Shown: one piece after another, positions 46,646-56,799 of the stretch
How positions within the stretch are numbered: position 1 is the first letter of the stretch
Layout of the letters: every line of letters starts with the position of its first letter
Assembly (NCBI GenBank): GCA_964621445.1
Contig: CAZUNO010000002.1
Coordinates: 64,001 to 128,000 of the forward strand
Direction: 5' to 3'
Origin: Candidatus Hadarchaeota archaeon
GTDB lineage: Archaea > CAYQAE01 > CAYVLA01
DNA: 64,000 bases
The notes under the pieces: model-generated
What the model saw: the letters and a program-made list of their open reading frames with translations, nothing else
Told to the model about the DNA's origin: nothing
Database searches by the model: none
Translations under genes and position numbers: made by a program

Positions 46646-47876
46646 ATCCAATCAGTCTCCAGCGATAGCCAATTCTACGGCTTATCGCAGCCCTTGAACC
46701 CACCGAGGTACATACTGGCAATCGTAGCTTCACGTGCGCACCGGATCCCGATAACTTTTCAACCGCTCCGGCGGTACGCGCGGTCCCCACGTTTAGCATG
46801 AGAAGTTCGTTGGTCTTTATCGGTTCGACCTCCATCTCCTTCTCAGTACCCACCACCTTGTCCATCAGGCTTGTATCCAGGTCCAATTCATGCCAAACTT
46901 GAGGAAGATCGCCTGGATGTCCCACCATGTGACCCACGAAAGCATCGGATTTTGTTAGAGAGGGATCTAAATTGGTCCCCAGTCCGATAAGCCCACCTGG
47001 CCTGGCCTCCTCAACAATTGAGTTTTCACGCATTATTGAGGAGATCTCGGTTCTAACCGGTTCCCAGATCGTTCTACCGCCCTCCTCCTTGCGGGAACCG
47101 GGAAGGACCTCTATCTCATCCCCAACCTTTAATATTCCCTGTGACAGGGTTCCACCAATCACTCCACCTACCAGCTCCTGAGGATCGGTGCCAGGCTTGT
47201 TAACGTCGAAGGAACGTGCCACCATCATTATGGGTGGTTTCTCAAGCGATTTCTTGGGAGGCTCGAATTTGGAATCCATGGTCTGAAGAAGTATGTCTAT
47301 ATTAGCCTCCTGTTGGGCCGAAACGGGAACGATGAGGGGGACCGGTATGCTTGATCTTGATATGAAATCCTGTATCTGCTGATAATTGTCCCTGGCCTCC
47401 TTTTCACTAACCAGGTCTATCTTATTCTGAACAACGATTAAATCCTTTACCTTAAGGATCTCCAGTCCCCTCAGGTGTTCCTTTGTCTGGGGTTGAGGGC
47501 AGGACTCGTTGGCTGCCACCACCAGCATGGCGCCATCCATTATAGCCCCACCGGAGAGCATGGTGGCCATCAAGGTCTCGTGACCTGGAGCATCGACGAA
47601 GGAAACCTTCTTCACGGGCACCGTTTCCTCCCCGCATTCCTCACATTTCTCCTTGGTGGTATAGCACTCGGGTTCGCCGCAGCTGGGACATTTCCTAATG
47701 ATGGTATCCGCATACCCCAGTCTGATCGTTATGCCCTTTCTAAGTTCCTCGGAATGAGTATCAGTCCATACGCCGGACAGAGCAGCAGTTAGAGTCGTCT
47801 TTCCGTGATCGACATGCCCCACCATGCCGATATTGACGTGAGGTAGGTCATCAGCGTCCTCGCCATTTTCCGCTAT
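46629..47876 (-). CDS. eif2g: Translation initiation factor aIF2 gamma subunit
   Basis: PHVNIGMVGHVDHGKTT, GITIRLGY, DAPGHE, NKID, WRLIG; conserved N-terminus extends upstream of ATG 47825, probable ATA start at 47876. Confidence 0.96.
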   Translation of the reverse strand: MAENGEDADDLPHVNIGMVGHVDHGKTTLTAALSGVWTDTHSEELRKGITIRLGYADTIIRKCPSCGEPECYTTKEKCEECGEETVPVKKVSFVDAPGHETLMATMLSGGAIMDGAMLVVAANESCPQPQTKEHLRGLEILKVKDLIVVQNKIDLVSEKEARDNYQQIQDFISRSSIPVPLIVPVSAQQEANIDILLQTMDSKFEPPKKSLEKPPIMMVARSFDVNKPGTDPQELVGGVIGGTLSQGILKVGDEIEVLPGSRKEEGGRTIWEPVRTEISSIMRENSIVEEARPGGLIGLGTNLDPSLTKSDAFVGHMVGHPGDLPQVWHELDLDTSLMDKVVGTEKEMEVEPIKTNELLMLNVGTARTAGAVEKLSGSGAHVKLRLPVCTSVGSRAAISRRIGYRWRLIGYGTVQ

Positions 47877-47887
47877 CTGAAGACCCC

Positions 47888-48274
47888 CTAGTTGCCTCCC
47901 TCTTCAAGGATCTCCTCAAGAGGAGACTTTCCCTCCTCGGTTACCACGAAGTTCAGTTGCTCGATATCATCGGTTACGATTTCCCCGGCGACGCTCCTTC
48001 TTCTCCTTATGCCTTCCTTTCCCCCCGGGAACCCAGGCCCACCTCTAAGCAGGAGCGAGACTCTACCGGTCCTATGTACCCCTCTCCTCATAGGAAAGCC
48101 CTGCTTGTCCGTTCCCCCGGTGAGCTTTAAAACATATCCAGGTAGGCCAATGAACCCGCCATCGACTTCATCTCCAATCCTGTTATTCATGATTCCGCCC
48201 ATTTTGGATGGGTCTACCTCTACTTGGTAGCTCTTTCCAGTTTTTGGATCATTGACAACTATTTTTGGCAACAA
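47888..48274 (-). CDS. rps6e: 30S ribosomal protein S6e
   Basis: DPKTGKS, LTGGTDKQGFPM, G.RRRRSV.G, QLN. Confidence 0.95.
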   Translation of the reverse strand: MLPKIVVNDPKTGKSYQVEVDPSKMGGIMNNRIGDEVDGGFIGLPGYVLKLTGGTDKQGFPMRRGVHRTGRVSLLLRGGPGFPGGKEGIRRRRSVAGEIVTDDIEQLNFVVTEEGKSPLEEILEEGGN

Positions 48275-48309
48275 AATCCTCCCAATGCTTTCCGGTAGGA
48301 AGCTTAGGG

Positions 48310-50088
48310 CTAACGACCCCAGAATAGGTCCTTTTCCCTCTTGAGCTCTATGAATTCTTTAAATGTTTTCATTTCCGACGGGCTGAGTGTGGATAATAGC
48401 TTCTCCTGAATTATCTTGGCATCCTCTTCAGGTATATCGACATATAGCTGGTCGCCTTCCTCCAGGTTCCGCCCCACGACTGTCCCGGTTATGGACACGG
48501 CAACTTCCATTCCCTCTTCAGCCTCGGAAACCGTCTCCGACTCGTCCTGAATCTCCTTGGCCATTCCAACCCTTACACCCTTTTCATTTACCAGGGTTCT
48601 TCTAGGATTCAGTTTACCTGCAATTATCTCAACCCCGCAGATCGCCGGTTTGGATCTACGGAATACATATCCAGGGATTATCCTTATCTTGCAGGGAGTA
48701 GTCACCTTCTCCTTGAGAAGTTCTATCTGTCTTTCCTCCCATTCCCTTCTCCAATCATCGTATTCCTCCAGCATTTCAAAGATTACGTCGTTTCTGATCA
48801 GCTTGATATTTTGCTCCTCGATGAATTCCTTGGCATCGCCGGAAACGGGCACGTTGAAACCGAATATTACACCGAGTAATGGATCCTTCCTTGATACTAT
48901 TTGTGCATCGATAGCTTCTCGCTTAGATATCGGCCCTACGTCGGCCAACCTTACATCCACGCCCCTTTCCTTTAGCTGTTCCACGACGGCCTCCAGGGTC
49001 CCAAGAGCATCGGCCTTCACCACAACCCCAATGTCATCGGTGTGGATTCTTATGCCCTTAACCTCCTCCCTTATCATCTCGTCCACCTCTTCCTCTTTTC
49101 CGGGCGGAACGACGAATAGGGGCGAACCTCCCATGGCCTCCTCCAAATCGGGGGCAACGATCTTAACCCCTGCTGCGGCGGTCACTTCGGAAACCTGCTT
49201 GAAACGTTCCTTGGGATCCCTCATTTCATCGAGTGGTTTGGGGAGAAGGAGGGCCCTGATCTTGGTGTGAATTATGTCCATTCGACCTGGAAGGGCTATG
49301 GTGTCATTCTTATGGATTATTCCATCGTAGACTATGGCGTGAACCGTTTTTCCGGTCCCCGCCTCCTCCTTAACTTCGAGCACCGTTGACTTGCCGGGCC
49401 CCTCTACCTCAATGTTCAGGGATTCCTCAAGATATCTCTGGGTTATGCCAGCTATGAACACTATTAGGTCCTGTATTCCCTCACCCGTTTCTGCCGAGAC
49501 GGGGACGATGCATATGTCCCTTGTGAAATCCTTGACTCTGTCAAACCTCTCCGATCTGTAGCCTAGATCATGCAATTTTCCAATTAGCTCATAGGTGAGG
49601 TCGCTCAATTCCTGAACAGGGGTATCAGACTGCTTCTTCATTGATTCCAAAATGCTGGCGTTAGGAATCGGCTGCCAGCCGGTGATTTTGTCTATCTTGT
49701 TAAAGGCGATTATGAAGGGGGTCTTGAATATTTTGAGTATCTCGAGTGCTTCCTTGGTTTGGGGCATTATACCCTCGTTTACGTCAATTACCAGAACCGC
49801 GAAATCGGCTATCGACCCCCCTCTTCTCCTGAGATTGGTGAACGCCTCATGTCCAGGGGTATCTATGAAAAGAAGACCGGGTACATCTATCTCGAACCCG
49901 CCCTCTTCCATTAGCTTACCGCTGATGGCCTTTAAAGCTTCCAGGGGCACGTAGGAGGCGCCTATGGCCTGAGTAATAGCACCGGCCTCTCTGGCCATCA
50001 CCGTTGTTCCACGGATCTTGTCGAGCAAAGCTGTTTTACCGTGGTCCACATGCCCGAGAACCGATATCACGGGCTGTCTTAGCACCAA
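48310..50088 (-). CDS. infB: Translation initiation factor aIF5B (IF-2)
   Basis: RQPVISVLGHVDHGKT, DTPGHEAFTNLRRRGG, KADALGTLEA. Confidence 0.97.
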   Translation of the reverse strand: MVLRQPVISVLGHVDHGKTALLDKIRGTTVMAREAGAITQAIGASYVPLEALKAISGKLMEEGGFEIDVPGLLFIDTPGHEAFTNLRRRGGSIADFAVLVIDVNEGIMPQTKEALEILKIFKTPFIIAFNKIDKITGWQPIPNASILESMKKQSDTPVQELSDLTYELIGKLHDLGYRSERFDRVKDFTRDICIVPVSAETGEGIQDLIVFIAGITQRYLEESLNIEVEGPGKSTVLEVKEEAGTGKTVHAIVYDGIIHKNDTIALPGRMDIIHTKIRALLLPKPLDEMRDPKERFKQVSEVTAAAGVKIVAPDLEEAMGGSPLFVVPPGKEEEVDEMIREEVKGIRIHTDDIGVVVKADALGTLEAVVEQLKERGVDVRLADVGPISKREAIDAQIVSRKDPLLGVIFGFNVPVSGDAKEFIEEQNIKLIRNDVIFEMLEEYDDWRREWEERQIELLKEKVTTPCKIRIIPGYVFRRSKPAICGVEIIAGKLNPRRTLVNEKGVRVGMAKEIQDESETVSEAEEGMEVAVSITGTVVGRNLEEGDQLYVDIPEEDAKIIQEKLLSTLSPSEMKTFKEFIELKREKDLFWGR

Positions 50089-50117
50089 CTTATCGCCTCC
50101 TATTTACCTGAGCGAGG

Positions 50118-50585
50118 TTAAATCTCGTAGATTGAGGACGACGGCAACCGGTAGTCGAATATCTCCCCGCTGTCGAAGTACAACTCTATCTCCCTGGCGG
50201 CTGACTCCGGTGAATCGGAGGCGTGCACCAGATTGAATATGACCGTCCTTCTCTCAAGCGCCAAATCCCCCCGTATGCTTCCCGGACTGGCCTCCGAGGG
50301 ATCCGTTGAACCCACCATTTTTCTCATCGCTGCCACCGCCTTTCGGCCCTCTATCACCATGGCCACGCTGGGAGCCGAGGATATGTAATTGACCAGGAGC
50401 TCATAGTAGGGTTTTCCCACGTGATCCTCGTAGTGCTTTTCAGCATCCTCCCTCTGCAGCCACACGAATTTCAGGCCCAGTATCTTTAGACCTTTGTTCT
50501 CAATTCTGCGAATTGTTTCGCCCACTAACCCTCTTAGAACGCCGTCGGGCTTTATCATAACGAAGGTCCTTTCTCTCCGGGGCAA
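50118..50585 (-). CDS. ndk: Nucleoside diphosphate kinase
   Basis: [26 protein letters not shown]. Confidence 0.96.
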   Translation of the reverse strand: MPRRERTFVMIKPDGVLRGLVGETIRRIENKGLKILGLKFVWLQREDAEKHYEDHVGKPYYELLVNYISSAPSVAMVIEGRKAVAAMRKMVGSTDPSEASPGSIRGDLALERRTVIFNLVHASDSPESAAREIELYFDSGEIFDYRLPSSSIYEI

Positions 50586-50587
50586 GA

Positions 50588-50863
50588 TCAGTCCTCCGAT
50601 TCCTCGTCTTCATCTTCCTCTGATGATTCGTCTGAATCGGGTTTCTCTTCCTGTTCCTCGGGCTGGGGCGGCGTTGGGCCCTTTTCGTAGGATTCCGTCC
50701 ATTTCAGGTTTCTGGCTTTTCTTCCCAGCTTGAGCATGTTCTTTTCGCATTTATGGCTACAGAAGTAGTAGCGCTGATTATCATTACGAACATACATCAC
50801 ACCTGTTCCTGGCTCGATCTCCTTCCCGCAGAAGGAGCAATTTACCTTTAGTGGCAATGTCAA
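50588..50863 (-). CDS. rpl24e: 50S ribosomal protein L24e with acidic tail
   Basis: CSFCG.EIEPGTG.MYV, FCSHKC, R..R.LKWT. Confidence 0.95.
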   Translation of the reverse strand: MTLPLKVNCSFCGKEIEPGTGVMYVRNDNQRYYFCSHKCEKNMLKLGRKARNLKWTESYEKGPTPPQPEEQEEKPDSDESSEEDEDEESED

Positions 50864-50868
50864 GACCT

Positions 50869-51087
50869 CTATGGAGTCGATATCTCTCTTGCCTCACGCT
50901 CCGTTTCACGGAGCATGAGAACATCGCCCACTCTAACCGGTCCTTTGGTGTTCCTTCTAATTATCCTTCCCTTGTCTCGCCCGGCCAGAATCCTGCACCT
51001 TACCTGGATTACCTCACCGTAAACTCCGGTTCTACCCCGGACCTCTATTACCTCTGCTGGAATTGACTCGGGCATCTCTTCCGACAA
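50869..51087 (-). CDS. rps28e: 30S ribosomal protein S28e
   Basis: GRTG..GE..QV.C, RN..GPVR.GD.L.L.ETEREA. Confidence 0.96.
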   Translation of the reverse strand: MSEEMPESIPAEVIEVRGRTGVYGEVIQVRCRILAGRDKGRIIRRNTKGPVRVGDVLMLRETEREAREISTP

Positions 51088-51119
51088 TGATATTCACCAG
51101 GACCTAAACGGATTCTATT

Positions 51120-51539
51120 TTAACTACTCTCCTCGGCGTCCTCCTCTGACGCCTCTTCCTGGGGGAGTTCCTCTCCTCGCCTCAGGGCCTCCAAGTTCTC
51201 CATGATCTCATTGAATGTGGAACCGGCCTTGCCAGGTTTCACAACTGCCACGGCGGCGGTTGGCACCTCAAGACCTGCTGCCATTCCAAGTTCATCCTTG
51301 CTAGGAACGAAGAGGAAGGATATCCCTTTCTCCTCGCAGAGTAATGGAAGATGAGCTATCACTTCTTCCGGGTCCACATCCTTGGCAAGGTATACCAGTT
51401 TGGCCTGGCCCCTTTCCACGGTTTTGGTTACCTCATTAGATCCTTTTTTCACCCTTCCCGTGTCTCGGGCCAACTCCAATGCATCGTAAGCGTCCTCGGT
51501 CAGTTCCTTTGGAACTTCATATTCATCGAACAACGACAA
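51120..51539 (-). CDS. rpl7ae: 50S ribosomal protein L7Ae
   Basis: [23 protein letters not shown]...HLP.LCEEK. Confidence 0.96.
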   Translation of the reverse strand: MSLFDEYEVPKELTEDAYDALELARDTGRVKKGSNEVTKTVERGQAKLVYLAKDVDPEEVIAHLPLLCEEKGISFLFVPSKDELGMAAGLEVPTAAVAVVKPGKAGSTFNEIMENLEALRRGEELPQEEASEEDAEESS

Positions 51540-51644
51540 GATAACACCTCCCCTACCCCAGATCCTTAAAGATTAAACGCTAGGGTCTGCTAGGGGCTTT
51601 TAGGTTAACTAGTCCCTAGGCTCTTAAATTGTTTCATGCCCCGG

Positions 51645-52718
51645 TTAGGGGAGGGAAGCCCGGGAACCATCGGCTTCCAATCCCCGGTCACGGATCCAAT
51701 CCCTCAACCAGCCTCCGATAAACAAGTTCTCTCTTCCTAGGTCCTTCATCTGCCTAGACCCGGTGAGAAAAATCGAGGCCCTAATCTGTCTCTCGACAAG
51801 ATCTATAAATTGGTTTAATCCTTCCTCGCCATCTACGGCCGCCTTAAGGAACGGGGATGCCATTCCAGCACAATTCGCCCCCAGAGCCAGGGCCTTAACT
51901 ACATCAATTCCATTCCGAATTCCCCCGCTGGCAATGACCCTTAGGCCCTCTACCTGCGTCGTTTCCAGGACGCTGGCTGCGGTAGGAATTCCCCATGTTC
52001 CCAGGGATTCGGCCAATTCCCTGCCCACGCCGCTGGCCCTGAAGGCCTCCACAGCCGCGAAGCTGGTTCCCCCACATCCCCCGGTATCAATCCATTCCAC
52101 GCCCACTGAAGCTAGAGACCTGGCAGTCTCGCTTGAGATTCCGCCACCGGTTTCCTTAACTATAACCGGGAGGTGGGAGCTGGACACGAACTCTTCGATG
52201 GTCTCCAGGCCGCCTCTGAAATCGACCTCACCCTCGGGCTGAGCCACCTCCTGCAGGGCGTTCAAGTGTATGGCCACGGCATCGACATCAACCTCTTCCA
52301 TGGCACTAAATACCGGTGCAAAATCGCGGGAAAGCAACTGGGGCAGGCCGATGTTTCCCACCAGGAGTATGTCTGGGGCCTGTTCTCTAACCATATAGGT
52401 ATCTGCTACATTTGGGTCCTCGATCATGGCCCGCATGCTGCCTAGTCCAAATCCCAGTCCGTTTCGCTGGGCAGCGCTCGCTAGAAGCCTGTTCCATTTC
52501 CTGGCTCCCTTAAACCCGCCGGTCATCCCACTGATCATCAATGGCATGTCAAGCCTTTTATCAAGGACATCCACCCCAATGTCCAGGGCAGCCTCATTAA
52601 TTTCCGGAAGTGCCTCATGAACTAGAGCAACACAATCGAGACCCGTACCTTCAAATTCTACGTCCTCCTTCAATACGACATCGACGTGATCGGCCTTCCT
52701 CCTCCTGGTTCCGGTCAT
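51645..52718 (-). CDS. fni: Type 2 isopentenyl-diphosphate isomerase (FMN)
   Basis: RKADH, H.ALPE, GMTGG, HLNALQE..QPEG, KETG, GGTSFA, WGIPT. Confidence 0.95.
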   Translation of the reverse strand: MTGTRRRKADHVDVVLKEDVEFEGTGLDCVALVHEALPEINEAALDIGVDVLDKRLDMPLMISGMTGGFKGARKWNRLLASAAQRNGLGFGLGSMRAMIEDPNVADTYMVREQAPDILLVGNIGLPQLLSRDFAPVFSAMEEVDVDAVAIHLNALQEVAQPEGEVDFRGGLETIEEFVSSSHLPVIVKETGGGISSETARSLASVGVEWIDTGGCGGTSFAAVEAFRASGVGRELAESLGTWGIPTAASVLETTQVEGLRVIASGGIRNGIDVVKALALGANCAGMASPFLKAAVDGEEGLNQFIDLVERQIRASIFLTGSRQMKDLGRENLFIGGWLRDWIRDRGLEADGSRASLP

Positions 52719-52752
52719 TCGCACCCCTGACCCAACCTGCAATAACTACTTA

Positions 52753-53151
52753 TCAAGCTTTCTCCACCGTGGCTTCTTCCCCATCAACCACTAGCAGATC
52801 GCCGGTTTCAATCTTGGTTATGTCTATCCCATCAATGCAAGGGATACCCGCCAGTATGGCTCCGGTGGCAACAATGGTTTCCGTCTCCTCATTAATTATG
52901 GCCGCCGGTGCCAAGCCCCTCTTCTTAAGGCCATAGATAACGTAAGACCCGACCGTTGAACCCTTGCCCCTAGGGAATACCAGCACCTTTCCCCCAACCT
53001 TCTCTCCCTCCAATTGATGCCCCTTTTCCCTCACCACGCCAGTCTCGGGGTCCAGACCGCCATAGAAACTGATTGGCTCGCTGGTAACCAAGGCCCGACC
53101 TTTTGCCTTACCCGGATTGATCGTCCTTCCCTTCATCTTCGATGGCTCCAA
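52753..53151 (-). CDS. Phosphomevalonate dehydratase small subunit (AcnX swivel, DUF126)
   Basis: ISFYGG.DP.TG, GKVLVFP.GKGSTVGSY. Confidence 0.9.
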   Translation of the reverse strand: MEPSKMKGRTINPGKAKGRALVTSEPISFYGGLDPETGVVREKGHQLEGEKVGGKVLVFPRGKGSTVGSYVIYGLKKRGLAPAAIINEETETIVATGAILAGIPCIDGIDITKIETGDLLVVDGEEATVEKA

Positions 53152-54319
53152 TCAGATCATCAAGGTTCTTGAAAATTACCTTCTGTTGGCAGAAATTCGG
53201 AAGATAGTGGGCCGCCTTGGCAGAATTAACTCCAGTCGAGTTGAACCCCATTTTCTCAAGTGGGGTAACTACCATGCAGGTGTCGGCCACTAATTTCCCT
53301 CCCAATCCTTCAATTCTATCCGCCAATCCCATATTCTGGGCCGCCGTCTTCACCGACCTGGAGGTGCAGATCCATAGTGGTTTCTCGAAATTTTTCCCCT
53401 CCATGCGCTGAGCCAGTTGTAGTAGTTCACCGATCGAGGCGTGGGGACAACCTAAAATCACTATGTCCGGGATTTCTCCAGAGTTTAAGTCCCGCCGCTG
53501 TCGGTCCAAGTCATACTGAGTTATGGTGATTCTCTCCAGTCCCTTGCTGTCCATCCCCTCGGCTTCGGGGGTAATCTCTTCGACGTGGTACAGGGCGACC
53601 GCACCCGAGGCGGCCATCGCCGCTCCCAGTGATTTCAAGTGATCCACACTTGGGTCCTTCAAACCGCGGATATAAGGTTTCTTGTCCCCTGCTAGCTCAC
53701 CTATCCTATATCCCAGGGTCCCGTAATCACAGATATTTCGCAATTCTGCCTCTACCTCAAATACCATATCGGGCATTCTGTTTTCGTCAAGGTGCAGCCC
53801 ATAATTGGGCGTGACTCCGCAAATCGCTGCGGCAAGGGCCGAGGGTCCTCCTTCCCTATTGGTTCTAGCTCCTATTACCGAATTAGCAAATGACACGGCC
53901 GAGGACTCGCTCCAGGCGATGTGTTCCCTGAATCGTGGCAGGTTTCCAGCCAGGTAGGGTGTGCAGGTGGCACTCACCAACACGCCCATGGCCTTGAAGG
54001 CGTTTACTATCCTTTCCTGCTTACGGGCAAAATCCTCGGGGATCCCCATAACCCTCCAATCCCGAAGATCCATTCCAGCGGGATTCAGATAGGTCAGCGC
54101 TTTGACCTGAGCCCCCTTTTGCGCAAAATCCTCCAGAAACTCCATGCCCGGATCGCCTATTGATTTATGTGATACCCCCGAAACCTGGGCGGACCCAATC
54201 GGTATCATTCTCCGGGCTCCATACACATCACCAAGGCGCACCAGCAATCTGAATAGACGTTGAGCCACCTCTCCCCTCTCTCCCCCCAACATCCTCTCCT
54301 GTTCCCTTGTCAGGTACAA
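53108..54319 (-). CDS. Phosphomevalonate dehydratase large subunit (AcnX, DUF521)
   Basis: YLTREQE.ML.GE.G, SGVS.K.IGD.G, TCTPY, WSESSAV, GCPH, DTC.VV; TTG start 54319. Confidence 0.9.
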   Translation of the reverse strand: MYLTREQERMLGGERGEVAQRLFRLLVRLGDVYGARRMIPIGSAQVSGVSHKSIGDPGMEFLEDFAQKGAQVKALTYLNPAGMDLRDWRVMGIPEDFARKQERIVNAFKAMGVLVSATCTPYLAGNLPRFREHIAWSESSAVSFANSVIGARTNREGGPSALAAAICGVTPNYGLHLDENRMPDMVFEVEAELRNICDYGTLGYRIGELAGDKKPYIRGLKDPSVDHLKSLGAAMAASGAVALYHVEEITPEAEGMDSKGLERITITQYDLDRQRRDLNSGEIPDIVILGCPHASIGELLQLAQRMEGKNFEKPLWICTSRSVKTAAQNMGLADRIEGLGGKLVADTCMVVTPLEKMGFNSTGVNSAKAAHYLPNFCQQKVIFKNLDDLIGAIEDEGKDDQSG

Positions 54320-54320
54320 T

Positions 54321-55601
54321 TCAATCCTCCAGGTATTCCTCAATATCAATTTCCATGGGGAGCCCTGGTCTTTTGAATTCCTCCTTATCCTTCCCCCAGG
54401 GAACCGTGAGATCAAAACCCACCTTTGTGGTTATGTGGGTTTCCGGATCGGAGGATGGATCGAGGGAGGACCCCTTTTCTCTCCTGGTTACCAGGTCGCT
54501 ATCGGCCTGAAATCTCGTAGCCATCGCCCACTCTATTTCCTCCGATTTGTCGATATCTATGTCCTCATCAACCACGAAAAGGTGTTTCATGGATCGGTGA
54601 GCTCTGAATGCGGCATCGATTGCCCTTTCCGGGTCCTTCTCTTCCCTTCTCCTAATGCTCACCACTCCATGAAGCCAGGAGCAACCGCCGGGAGTGACCC
54701 TCACATCCAGCACATCACATTGCTTCTTCACTTCCCGATACATGCTGGCCTCCCTAGGCATCCCCATCAGTATCTTGTGCTCCATCCCACCCGGGAGTAG
54801 GGCGTGGAAGAGGGGATTTCTCCTGATCAATATCTCCTTGCATTCAACTACCGGCTGTAATCTCACCTTGTCGGGTGTCTGGGTCAGGTCAAGAAATGGA
54901 CCTTCGTCGTGGAGTTCACCGGTGAGCTCCATGATCATGATGATCTCCGCCGGTGGCACCAAATATCCCTTCATATCCATCAGGGGCGTTGGTTGCAGGG
55001 AGTTGGCAATGGATAGCTCGCTTACTCCGGGGGACTCGGATACTGCGGAGGCCACGAGGACCGAGATTGGATTCCCAATACAATAGGCAAATTTGGTGAG
55101 CCCCCTCCTGATATAGCTATCAAGGTCCCTTTTCACTATCCTAAGGACCAGCTGGTTTTCGGAAATCACCATGCCCCGGTGAAAGGAAGAATTCAGACCA
55201 TACTCCGGGTCCTTTGCCACCACAATTCCCGATGTTATGTATGGACCTCCATCGAATGGGTAATAGGTAGGGATCGGCAGGTTCAATAGGTCCGGCTCCA
55301 TCTCGATATAGTCCTCTGACTTCATTATCTGTGGATCCCTGGGTTGTGATATTGCATCAACCAGTTTTTCGGTTAGGTTTCCCTCCTCAATCCCAAGGCC
55401 CCGTGCAACGGAAAGTCGGCTGGAACAGATATTTCCCAGTACAGGGATATCGCGGTTTTTTACATTTTCAAAGATGATCGGGATTCCATCCAACGTACGC
55501 ATGATGGCGGGTATTTCAAATTGGATGTCCACTTCCTTTTGGACTCTTTTCAGAAGACCGGCACCCTCCAACTGGTTTACGAATTCACGCAACAAAGCCA
55601 T
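54321..55601 (-). CDS. UbiD-family decarboxylase, probable anhydromevalonate phosphate decarboxylase
   Basis: DGGPYIT, EGPF.D.T, EH..LMG.P.E, GG.SWLH, VVD.DID, WA.ATRFQ, SSLDPS; adjacent to AcnX and mvk. Confidence 0.88.
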   Translation of the reverse strand: MALLREFVNQLEGAGLLKRVQKEVDIQFEIPAIMRTLDGIPIIFENVKNRDIPVLGNICSSRLSVARGLGIEEGNLTEKLVDAISQPRDPQIMKSEDYIEMEPDLLNLPIPTYYPFDGGPYITSGIVVAKDPEYGLNSSFHRGMVISENQLVLRIVKRDLDSYIRRGLTKFAYCIGNPISVLVASAVSESPGVSELSIANSLQPTPLMDMKGYLVPPAEIIMIMELTGELHDEGPFLDLTQTPDKVRLQPVVECKEILIRRNPLFHALLPGGMEHKILMGMPREASMYREVKKQCDVLDVRVTPGGCSWLHGVVSIRRREEKDPERAIDAAFRAHRSMKHLFVVDEDIDIDKSEEIEWAMATRFQADSDLVTRREKGSSLDPSSDPETHITTKVGFDLTVPWGKDKEEFKRPGLPMEIDIEEYLED

Positions 55602-55658
55602 GATACTCCTCCCTTTCAGATTCCACCAAACGATATATCTTTTTCGTCATTTGTCGAT

Positions 55659-56657
55659 TTAATCATCGTCATTTGACGAACTCACCCCTATTAGAGTGGG
55701 GATAGCCTCATACCCCGACTTTCGCATAGCTCCCACTACCCTATCACGCACCTCCGGTTCGGGAGTTAAGGCGATCATGTGCCCTCCCAGACCGCCTCCA
55801 GTCATCTTCGCCCCCTTCGCCCCCTCTCTTCTGGCAATCTCAACTAGATGATCAAGCTTCGGATGGGAGACCCCGATTTCCTGGAGCAGGCCATGATTGG
55901 CATACATTAGGTCCCCGACCGCGTCCAGGTCATGATCTCTCAATGATTTAACCGCGCTCTCTATGAGTTCTTCCGCCCGTAAGAAGATTCGTGAATATCT
56001 TTCTTCGTTTCTCTCCTTTCTCCTTCTAACACCAGCCACCGCCGTCTTGGTCCTACCTCTTATCCCCGTATTTCCCATTACCATGGGCATTGGCTCCCGT
56101 ACTGAAAGCCTCTCAACCGTATTATCTCCTCCCTGGAGGTTCTTTGCGAAGTAAATCATTCCCCCGAAGGTAGAAACGGTATTATCTATGCCCGAAGGGG
56201 TTCCGGCATAGGCCTTTTCCGCCTCATACGCTATCTCGTTGATATCCTGGGCCTTGAGGCCCAGGTCAAACTCCTGGTTCAGGGCCCTAGTAATGGAGAC
56301 ACAGAAGGCTGCACTGGATCCAATTCCCCCCGTGGTCTCCAGCTCTCCCTCAATGGTTATCTTAATGTTCTTTTCGGTGGGATCAAAGTTCGCGGCGTCG
56401 AAAATTCTAAGCACCGGCCCCGGTTCCAGAAAATCATCCGTAGAGCGGTTCAAGGCATTTAAACGGACGTCCTCCAGAGCCCATCCATCACCGACCAGAA
56501 AACCGGAGCCACGGAACCCCTCCAGCAAGGCCTCATTGGCTCTCTCAACCGTGGCTTTGATCTTTGAATCGATCGATGAGGCTATGGCCGGTATTCCATA
56601 TACTACGAAATGCTCGTTGAACAGGATGACCTTCCGAAACCCGATTCCGGTTCCCAT
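55659..56657 (-). CDS. mvk: Mevalonate kinase
   Basis: KVILFNEHFVVYG.PAIA, GIGSSAA, GTPSGIDN, AKMTGGG.GG; ATG 56657. Confidence 0.92.
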   Translation of the reverse strand: MGTGIGFRKVILFNEHFVVYGIPAIASSIDSKIKATVERANEALLEGFRGSGFLVGDGWALEDVRLNALNRSTDDFLEPGPVLRIFDAANFDPTEKNIKITIEGELETTGGIGSSAAFCVSITRALNQEFDLGLKAQDINEIAYEAEKAYAGTPSGIDNTVSTFGGMIYFAKNLQGGDNTVERLSVREPMPMVMGNTGIRGRTKTAVAGVRRRKERNEERYSRIFLRAEELIESAVKSLRDHDLDAVGDLMYANHGLLQEIGVSHPKLDHLVEIARREGAKGAKMTGGGLGGHMIALTPEPEVRDRVVGAMRKSGYEAIPTLIGVSSSNDDD

Positions 56658-56799
56658 ATCGATCCCATTCCCGTATTTATAACCCCACTTATGTGTATTA
56701 CCGCCGGGATAATCTACGAGAATATTTAATTGGTCCCGCGCTCGATGACCGGTGTAAAAGCCTCGCAAATCTTTTTTCTAGATCGGTGGATAATGTAAG

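Noticed and set aside
48310-50088. Possible inteins in infB (also checked radA and hef)
   Set aside because: Lengths are normal and motifs are contiguous; no insertion was seen.
54320-54415. N-terminal extensions given by the ORF track for AcnX-L (also mvk, ABCE1, UPF0148)
   Set aside because: They overlap neighbouring genes or promoters; family-typical N-termini begin at downstream starts.
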